This document shows positions 8,547-15,436 of a DNA stretch of 17,650 bases, piece after piece. Each line of letters opens with the position of its first letter. Within the stretch, counting starts at the first letter, position 1. The translations under genes were made by a program, and so were the position numbers. The notes below the pieces were generated by a model, which was not told the origin of the DNA, did no database searches, and saw nothing but the letters and a program-made list of their open reading frames with translations. Source of the stretch: Promethearchaeota archaeon (GTDB lineage: Archaea; Asgardarchaeota; Lokiarchaeia; Sigyniarchaeales; SOKP01); the NCBI GenBank assembly GCA_019057865.1, contig JAHLWP010000056.1, forward strand, positions 1-17,650, given 5' to 3'.

Positions 8547-9381
8547 TTTTACCTCCCTTGATTTTTTTATTGAAATTTTCAATAAGCTGGTCTAATTTTA
8601 CAATTTCTTTTTTATCATCAATAAGATATTCTAATATATCTTTTGCTTCTATCTTTTTAATTTCAATATTCTGCAATTTTCCGAATCCAAGCCCTATTGA
8701 TTTTTTTCCTCCAATTGCTATATTACCTTTTTCCCATTCTTTTAACATGAGACTAAATAGTTGAACCTGCCAAATTTCTACATTTTCTAAGATAACTTCG
8801 AATTTGAAACAATATTTTGATGGAACAATTTCATAATCGAATTTTGCACCTTTTTTGGTAGTTCCAGTGTCTCTATCAATAGCTATACCGTCTCTTATCT
8901 CTGTTTTTAGAGATATATCTTTAATATTTAAGAACATATCTTTAAAATAGATTCTAGATGCGATTTCAGTAGAACCAAAAAGCTTACACACTGTACATGA
9001 ATTATCTAAAATTTCTCTTGTGAATTTTTCATCATTTATTTTTCCATTTTCTCTGCATTTTTCTTTTAATTGTTCCAATTTCTCTTGAGAAATACATTTT
9101 TCTGTATCTACAAAAATATTACAAGCCCCTAATTTAATATTTGCGTCTAAAATTATTTCTAGGGATTCAAAAGTTCTTATTATTCTTTCAAATTCCGATC
9201 TAAAAACACCTTTCACTGAAGATCCTGGAATGTACGGTAGATCCTCTGGAGTTTTTATTACTGGTAAATCGGTTCCTGTTGGTGCCAATGAAACACCTTT
9301 TCCTATATGAATAGGGTTTTCTAAAATAAAATCTGCTTTAATAAAATATCGATTTTTAAAAATGCTAAAATCTTTCATCAT
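8539..9381 (-). CDS. csm3: Cas7-group RAMP (Csm3/Csx7-like)
   Basis: PIHIGKG, TDLPVIK (candidate catalytic Asp), PYIPGSSVKGVFRS, CTVCKLFGS, RDGIAIDRDTG, IGGKKSIGLG; AGGTGA RBS. Confidence 0.92.
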   Translation of the reverse strand: MMKDFSIFKNRYFIKADFILENPIHIGKGVSLAPTGTDLPVIKTPEDLPYIPGSSVKGVFRSEFERIIRTFESLEIILDANIKLGACNIFVDTEKCISQEKLEQLKEKCRENGKINDEKFTREILDNSCTVCKLFGSTEIASRIYFKDMFLNIKDISLKTEIRDGIAIDRDTGTTKKGAKFDYEIVPSKYCFKFEVILENVEIWQVQLFSLMLKEWEKGNIAIGGKKSIGLGFGKLQNIEIKKIEAKDILEYLIDDKKEIVKLDQLIENFNKKIKGGKNA

Positions 9382-9387
9382 TTCACC

Positions 9388-9804
9388 TTAAGAAGTTTTT
9401 GCTCTATATACAAAATATCTATTTAAATATCCAAGATATTGACGAATTATTTCAATTTTGACTTTTTTAATATTAATACTTAATTTTTCACTTATTTTTT
9501 CAGCAAATTTATGTAAATCATCATTGAATTTTTTGAGAATATTATCTCCAAATTCTTTAGGTATTTTTTTCCGTCCCATTTGATATTCTATAAAAAGTTC
9601 AATTGCTTTTATAGAATTCACCGATTTTGCGATTTCTAATAAGTTTCGCATTTGATTTTCTTCCAATTTTTTCCAAAGATCTATTTTTATGACTTTTTTA
9701 GTCTTTTTATCTCTTATTTCTATTTTTGTATTATCAATAACCTTTTTTGCATTTTCAATAAGGTTATCTAAAATTTTTTCAATTTCATTTTTAAGTTCAA
9801 TCAT
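9388..9804 (-). CDS. csm2: Small subunit Cas11 (Csm2-like, III-D type)
   Basis: 138 aa helical; NQMRNLL, FIEYQMGR and RQYLGYL motifs; AGGAGGT RBS and ATGA coupling to csx10. Confidence 0.8.
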   Translation of the reverse strand: MIELKNEIEKILDNLIENAKKVIDNTKIEIRDKKTKKVIKIDLWKKLEENQMRNLLEIAKSVNSIKAIELFIEYQMGRKKIPKEFGDNILKKFNDDLHKFAEKISEKLSINIKKVKIEIIRQYLGYLNRYFVYRAKTS

Positions 9805-10961
9805 ATAATATCTACCTCCTTATGAAATGGATGACATATTATAATATCTCCATAACCTTCATCAGTTCTATATCCAATACCATTATATTCAACATTTTCT
9901 AACTGAGGGATATAGTCTTCAAAATCTTTCTCAATCTTGAAAATATAGGTACTGCCTGCATCAGCGCCATATGTTGTCTCTTTTGGAAGCCCCCAAGCAG
10001 TAGACCAGCCACCAATAAAGGTAGGATCAGATGAAAATATAAATGGTTTGAATTTTGTTTTATTTAAACTTATATTTAATTTTAATGTTGGAATTCCATT
10101 ATTAGTAAAAATTGTAGGAGATAATAGATCAATTGAAAAATAAAAAGCTTTAGGCTCTTTTGGTAATTCTTTTTTATTAATAGCTATAGATAAAATTTCA
10201 TTCCAGATTCTTTTCAATTTTTCATTAAATTGAACTATTCTATTTTTTATAGGTTCGATATTACATTGAATTTCTTTTATTTCGCTAATTTTTCCATATC
10301 CTTTAGTTGTATGTGCCCCAATTCCTTTTTCCATTAAAGATTCAAATATAATATTTATTTTTTGTTTATCTCCTATTATCTTGCCAACGAAGAAATTTGT
10401 TGGTTTTAAAGCAGTAATACTATACAACATCCCATTTTCAGCTACTTTCCTATTTCTATTTATTGCAACTTTTGTTTGAGAAATTTTATCAATATTAATG
10501 TTATAGTGTATCTCATTCTTTTTTATATATAATCCAAAAAATCTATCCATCCTGCTTTCACATTTTGGACAGGTAAATGTAAAAGGCACAGGAAATTTTG
10601 CGCCATATGTATTTTTTAATTCTTCATAAGCTATTAATGGTATAATGGAATCAAAAATGCCATGTCCATTTTTTAAGGATTTAAAGCCTTTATAGTTTTT
10701 ACAAGTAAGAGCTGTGATTGGAAGCGATAATGGAAAAATATCTGAATTACATGAAGGATAAAAAAATCCAAATCTTATATTTTTAACAAAATCACTAATC
10801 TCTGAAGCTCGTTGGCGAGATATTAAATATTCAGCAACAGCACCTCTTATTATACTTCCAGGAATTGTATTTTTAGTTGGAAGGAAATTAAAATTAGGTT
10901 TAACATCTCCGATTCTAATAGGACTTTTTAAAGTTAATGAAATATAATTTATCTTATTCAC
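9801..10961 (-). CDS. csx10: Csx10 (Cas5-group, double-RAMP type III-D signature protein)
   Basis: IPGSIIRGAVA, VAINRNRKVAENGMLYS, first G-loop GIGAHTTKGYG, GGWSTAWGLPK, AGSTY, second G-loop GIGYRTDEGYG. Start moved to GTG 10961 (GTGA overlap) after GGAGGT. Confidence 0.9.
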   Translation of the reverse strand: MNKINYISLTLKSPIRIGDVKPNFNFLPTKNTIPGSIIRGAVAEYLISRQRASEISDFVKNIRFGFFYPSCNSDIFPLSLPITALTCKNYKGFKSLKNGHGIFDSIIPLIAYEELKNTYGAKFPVPFTFTCPKCESRMDRFFGLYIKKNEIHYNINIDKISQTKVAINRNRKVAENGMLYSITALKPTNFFVGKIIGDKQKINIIFESLMEKGIGAHTTKGYGKISEIKEIQCNIEPIKNRIVQFNEKLKRIWNEILSIAINKKELPKEPKAFYFSIDLLSPTIFTNNGIPTLKLNISLNKTKFKPFIFSSDPTFIGGWSTAWGLPKETTYGADAGSTYIFKIEKDFEDYIPQLENVEYNGIGYRTDEGYGDIIICHPFHKEVDII

Positions 10962-11611
10962 GCTTCTAAAACCTCCATCAAACAATTATGAATTTCTTCT
11001 CTTGATATTTTTGCTTGGTCTATAAAAGCTTCAAATTCTGTCAATTTAATCCAACCAAGACCTCTTGTTTTTCCACAACCAATAGCAAAACTAAATTTAG
11101 CCCCTAAAAATAATAATGTAGATGCTATTAAGGCTTCTTCTCTCTCATTTAAAAATCCATTAATTTCTGTAACAAATTCCTTTCCAAAGCATAATTCATA
11201 AGAGAAAAGATTACCTTCTATAGTAATTTTTGTCTTTCGATTTATTCCAACTCCAAATCTAATATCCTTATATGAATTATTAATAATTATATCCTCAAAA
11301 AATAGAGGCGATCTAATTCTGGGAGAACCAAAATATTTACAAGTTAAACATATATTTTTATTATCTGAGCACATTTTTTCTGGCTGTGATGAATAACAAA
11401 TATTTTTTCCTTTAGATCTTAAAATGTTTTCAATTTGCTGGCGTAATACACCTTTTATTGTGCTTGCAGGGATAGCAGGAATACTTTCATTGAGAGTATC
11501 CAAATAATTGGCTTTATCAATTCCAAATATTAATCTATCTGCTGTAATGTGGAAAAATGAATCCAAACTAAATTTAATAATTATTTTTATCTTAGGGATT
11601 GAAATCACCAA
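10958..11611 (-). CDS. csm3: Cas7-group RAMP (Csm3-like); real start possibly ATC at 11599
   Basis: IPASTIKGVLR, CLTCKYFGSP, RFGVGINRK, IGCGKTRGLG. Confidence 0.88.
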   Translation of the reverse strand: MVISIPKIKIIIKFSLDSFFHITADRLIFGIDKANYLDTLNESIPAIPASTIKGVLRQQIENILRSKGKNICYSSQPEKMCSDNKNICLTCKYFGSPRIRSPLFFEDIIINNSYKDIRFGVGINRKTKITIEGNLFSYELCFGKEFVTEINGFLNEREEALIASTLLFLGAKFSFAIGCGKTRGLGWIKLTEFEAFIDQAKISREEIHNCLMEVLEA

Positions 11612-13901
11612 TAATTTTTGTTATTTCTAATAAATCCAATAAGGGTGTTTTAAATTCACCATTTATTTTCTTCCAGCCATCTTTACAATTAAATGTAGTA
11701 TTTATTCTTGATAATAATTCTAATGCTTTTTTCTTTAATTTAACTTCAAATCTACTAATTTGATAATATAAAAAATTCATAGATTGAATTGGTCCTTTAC
11801 ATAATATCCCCATTAAAGTATTTTGTTGAGTTTTTGATATTATATCATTAATATTTTTAACTTTTTTTAATAGAAATCGAATTTCAGATAAAGTATAAGG
11901 TCTCATTGTTAATAAAAAATCATTGAAACTGTAAAGTTGATTTATTATTTCTTCGCTAGATTCTGTTGCTATGTGAGAAGGAATTAATAAATAAGATATT
12001 GTACTTTCAATATTGTTTTTCTGATTTTGAATTTCATCCCATTTTCCCTTTTCATTATTATATATATAATTCTTCTTTTGTTCAATTTCATTAATTCCTG
12101 AATGATTTTTATCAATTTCTTCAATAACTCGCCTTTTAGCAGCTCTTAATAACGATTCACCAATTTTTTCTGCGAAATAAATCGGATATGTTGATTTGCA
12201 AATTACAAGTCCTAATGAAACAGTAACTTTATTAATTGATCCTAAACCTAAGATCCTTGTTAAATCATGCATATTTTCTTCAAATAATTTCATAAAATTT
12301 ACCGAAAAATCAAAGGAAAAAGGAGCTGCAATAATTAAAGAAATGTCATCTCCTCCTAGATTAATTATTTCAAAAGGTAATTTTGGAAATTCATTCAAAT
12401 TTTCTTCAGAAAATGTTTTAAACAAAGCACCAAATAAAGAATTTTCAGTTCCTTTTTTTAATATTTCGGATAATCTCCTATAATTTGCTGGAGATCTCGC
12501 TTTAGTTAAAAGAGACCCGATGTTGTTTCCATCCGCATAAATGAATGCAATTTTATAATCAAAATTTTTAGATAACTCGTCAAGATTTTCTGGAAATTTT
12601 GAAATAATTTGATTAAAATCTAAATTTTTATTAATCTTAACCCATTCAATAAAACTTTCTAAAAACCTAATTTTTTCTCCCTTACCTCTGTCTCTTTTAA
12701 TATTACAAATTTCGCAAATAGGTTCTCTGGTTCCATCAGGTATTAATATTTTATCAATAGCAACATGTTTTCCACAAGATTTACATCGTTCTCCAATTGA
12801 AATTGCTTCATAAAATGGAATACATTCTTTTTTATTTTTTTTATATCTTAAATCTGAGGAGAGATTAGAGACAAGCTCACCAAATCCCTTTTTATTAAAC
12901 CACTCACCTTTATTAAGTGTTGAGTCTTTTCCAAATTGACTCTCAAGTAACCATTTACCTAACCCTATACCATTTAATTTTTTGATACCTTCATTATCAT
13001 AAGGAGGATTTCCTCTAATTAATTCAAAAAATTCAAGAGTTTTGCTTTTAACGCAAGATATTGTTGCAATTTTTGTCTTTGTGAGATATATATTCTGAAT
13101 TTTATTTATTATATCGTCAGCTAATTTTTCTGGAGCAATTGCTAAAAAACTTCCCCCACCTTGATAAATTAGACATTCAATCGATAATAACTCTTTAAAT
13201 ATGTTCTTTAATTCATCATAATTTAATTCGTTTAATATTTCACTAGCTCCTCTAATTTCAGGTAATTTACTTGTTTCAAACACATAGGATTTTACTTTAT
13301 CAACATCGCCTAATATTAATACAAGTCCATCTTCACCTTCGAATACACTCTGGTACAAATTATAATTAGTTTCAGAAATTTTTGTAAGTTGCATTATATT
13401 TTCAGCATGAGCTAATTCGGGTCTATCACCAGCAGAAGCTAAAGAATCAGCCAGGCATATAATTTTTTCAAGTAAAGTTTTAGGATTATACTTTAACTCA
13501 TGTCTTTCTATCGCTCTAATTATTAAATCTAAAAAATTTTTTTCAATTTTATTTTTTAACCATTCTTGAGTCCAATTAACACTTCTCTTACAATGACCGA
13601 TATAAGCGCTCTCTATTGCAATATCCGCTCTTTCTGAGTCTTTACCCCAATCATGAAGTAATGAAGCAATTCGAATGATGTCGATTAATGCTTGTTCTGA
13701 TAAGTTAATGTTTATTCCACAAATTTCTTCTGGATTTTTACCTCTCAATAATAATTCTTTACAAATAGCAACTGCTATACCTGCCGTTAATAGCAAATGA
13801 TCGCTAAGATATGCACTTTTAACTATTGTATCTGCTAAAATGTAATCTTTCTTAAGATCTTTAAGAATTTCATTATAAATTTGAGTAATTATTTCTTTCA
13901 T
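11592..13901 (-). CDS. cas10: Cas10 large subunit with N-terminal HD domain and intact Palm2 cyclase motif
   Basis: HD motifs DHLLLTA, LLHDWGK, RHE, LADSLAS; Palm1 GDVDKVKSYVF..KLPEIRGAS, YQGGG; Zn finger CKSC...CEIC; YADGNNIG; GGDD at 12345-12356. Confidence 0.96.
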   Translation of the reverse strand: MKEIITQIYNEILKDLKKDYILADTIVKSAYLSDHLLLTAGIAVAICKELLLRGKNPEEICGININLSEQALIDIIRIASLLHDWGKDSERADIAIESAYIGHCKRSVNWTQEWLKNKIEKNFLDLIIRAIERHELKYNPKTLLEKIICLADSLASAGDRPELAHAENIMQLTKISETNYNLYQSVFEGEDGLVLILGDVDKVKSYVFETSKLPEIRGASEILNELNYDELKNIFKELLSIECLIYQGGGSFLAIAPEKLADDIINKIQNIYLTKTKIATISCVKSKTLEFFELIRGNPPYDNEGIKKLNGIGLGKWLLESQFGKDSTLNKGEWFNKKGFGELVSNLSSDLRYKKNKKECIPFYEAISIGERCKSCGKHVAIDKILIPDGTREPICEICNIKRDRGKGEKIRFLESFIEWVKINKNLDFNQIISKFPENLDELSKNFDYKIAFIYADGNNIGSLLTKARSPANYRRLSEILKKGTENSLFGALFKTFSEENLNEFPKLPFEIINLGGDDISLIIAAPFSFDFSVNFMKLFEENMHDLTRILGLGSINKVTVSLGLVICKSTYPIYFAEKIGESLLRAAKRRVIEEIDKNHSGINEIEQKKNYIYNNEKGKWDEIQNQKNNIESTISYLLIPSHIATESSEEIINQLYSFNDFLLTMRPYTLSEIRFLLKKVKNINDIISKTQQNTLMGILCKGPIQSMNFLYYQISRFEVKLKKKALELLSRINTTFNCKDGWKKINGEFKTPLLDLLEITKIIGDFNP

Positions 13902-13928
13902 TTATAAAAATAATGTTTTTATTATCCC

Positions 13929-13944
13929 TAGATTTAAAAATCTA
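13929..13944. promoter_or_regulatory. Palindrome TAGATTT-AA-AAATCTA overlapping the putative cas10 TATA box (candidate operator)
   Basis: Perfect 7-bp arms 28-43 bp upstream of the cas10 ATG; the minus strand reads TTTTTAAA through its centre. Confidence 0.4.
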
Positions 13945-14093
13945 TTTTATGGTATTTAGTCTTAATTTGATCTTTGACTTTATATTTTAATTTCGTTTTA
14001 ATTATTTAAAAAACTATATAATTACATATTATTTTATGATATTATGATATATAAATATTTGCATAAATCAATGAGATTATGAAATAAAAATTG

Positions 14094-14103
14094 CTTTATA
14101 AAG
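14094..14103 (+). promoter_or_regulatory. Putative TATA box (CTTTATAAAG) for the wHTH-CARF gene
   Basis: TTTATAAA about 50 nt before ATG 14153; weak evidence in DNA this AT-rich. Confidence 0.3.
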
Positions 14104-14143
14104 TTAGACGATGCATTGATAATTAAAAAAATTGTTCTAAAAA

Positions 14144-14788
14144 TTGGAAAAAATGCTTTCATTTGAGATTCTAGAAAATTTAATTCGAAAAAAAATAATT
14201 TTAGAGTTCCTTAAAACTCAAAAAATAATATCTTATGATTATATAAAAAATATCATCAAAGATGACACTTCACGTCCAGATTACCATCTCAATCTTTTAG
14301 TAGAAAATAATTTAATAAAAAGAACGAAGGGTAGAGGTAATTATAAATTAAGCGAAATTATGATACAACCCCTTAGAAAAGCCTTTGATATTAAAGTTCC
14401 CATTTGTTTGATTGGAGGTCTTGGAAAAGAGATTAGTTTATTTGTCGATGTCATTGATGCATTACAGCAATTAAGTATTATACCAAGAAAGTATATATTA
14501 ATAACCAGTCCAGAAATTAAAGAACAGTTTAATAGCTTAAATTTTAATAAAGACTATCAAATTGAAACAATTGTCCATAAGCTTGATTATCAAACTGTTT
14601 TAAGAGAAAATTATAACGAAATTCATGATTTTTTTGAGAAAATTATTAAAGAGCAAATTCACGAATTTGAAATTATTTGTGAATTGACTGGTAGTACCAA
14701 ACCAGTATCTATTGCTCTCATGATTTTAGGAGAACGATATGGATTACAGAGAATTTATTTTAGCGGGAAAAAAATAATATGGATCTAA
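14144..14788 (+). CDS. ArsR-like wHTH + CARF protein (Csa3-like regulator, reversed domain order); start TTG 14144 or ATG 14153
   Basis: N-terminal RKKIILEFLK...DYHLNLLVENNLIKR..GRGNYKLS (wHTH); C-terminal CLIGGLG, YILITS, ICELTGSTKPVSIALM, RIYF (CARF). Divergent from cas10. Confidence 0.82.
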   Translation: MEKMLSFEILENLIRKKIILEFLKTQKIISYDYIKNIIKDDTSRPDYHLNLLVENNLIKRTKGRGNYKLSEIMIQPLRKAFDIKVPICLIGGLGKEISLFVDVIDALQQLSIIPRKYILITSPEIKEQFNSLNFNKDYQIETIVHKLDYQTVLRENYNEIHDFFEKIIKEQIHEFEIICELTGSTKPVSIALMILGERYGLQRIYFSGKKIIWI

Positions 14789-15159
14789 TTTCTAATTTTC
14801 TAAATCCTTAAAACCATAAATTATAAGTTTCTCAAACTTTATAAAATTGATAATTTCTTAAAAGAATACAATTTTTGAGCCACTTTATCTCTTCATAAAT
14901 TTATATTTAAACGATATAAATATTTTCGAGCATCACTAGTAATTTTTTTCAATAATACCTTATTATAAATTTTTTCCTGTAATATAATGATGAGTAAAAA
15001 ATTTCTTTCAAAATACATCATGATTGATCATATAATTTCGCAAATTCTTTTCCACTTTTTATATTAGGTTAAATTATAATAAAATCTAAAATTCATAAAT
15101 TTAATAAAAGAGAACCAGTATTTTCGTTTTATCTGAGAAAAAATACGTATTTTGGAAAA

Positions 15160-15436
15160 TTTTCCTCGAACTAAATTTCATCGAGCCTCTTTATAAATAT
15201 AAAAATTTTTTCTCGACCCTCGAGTAATACCTAAGTAAATTATCTCTTTTAAAATCTTTTTGTTCATTAATTCTGTGAAATCTAAGGAATTTTTGGTAAA
15301 GAAATACTATTAATCATAATAATATAATAATTGTGAACCAATTAAAAAATATAAATAACATAAAAAAAGGTACTTTTATATTCGCGATAAAAAAATAAAT
15401 ATTAGTAATTATCTTATTATATATAATATAATAAGA
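15160..15436 (+). promoter_or_regulatory. CRISPR leader with putative promoter
   Basis: AT-rich non-coding DNA abutting repeat 1; AAAAAAAGGTACTTTTATA (purine run then TATA-like) at 15362-15380; repeat polarity (3' ATTGAAAY) puts the leader on this side. Left boundary approximate. Confidence 0.7.

Noticed and set aside
4582-12483. + strand ORFs 4582-4791, 7156-7350, 8558-8764 and 12196-12483
   Set aside because: Short antisense shadows of well-supported cas genes.
6210-13901. Assignment to III-A, III-B, III-E or III-F
   Set aside because: csx10, a csx19-like gene and several unfused Cas7 genes fit III-D; there is no intact cmr set, no Cas7-11 fusion, and the GGDD motif is intact.
14789-15120. 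Possible decayed minus-strand gene between the regulator and the leader
   Set aside because: Only short peptides with frequent stops and no recognisable motif.
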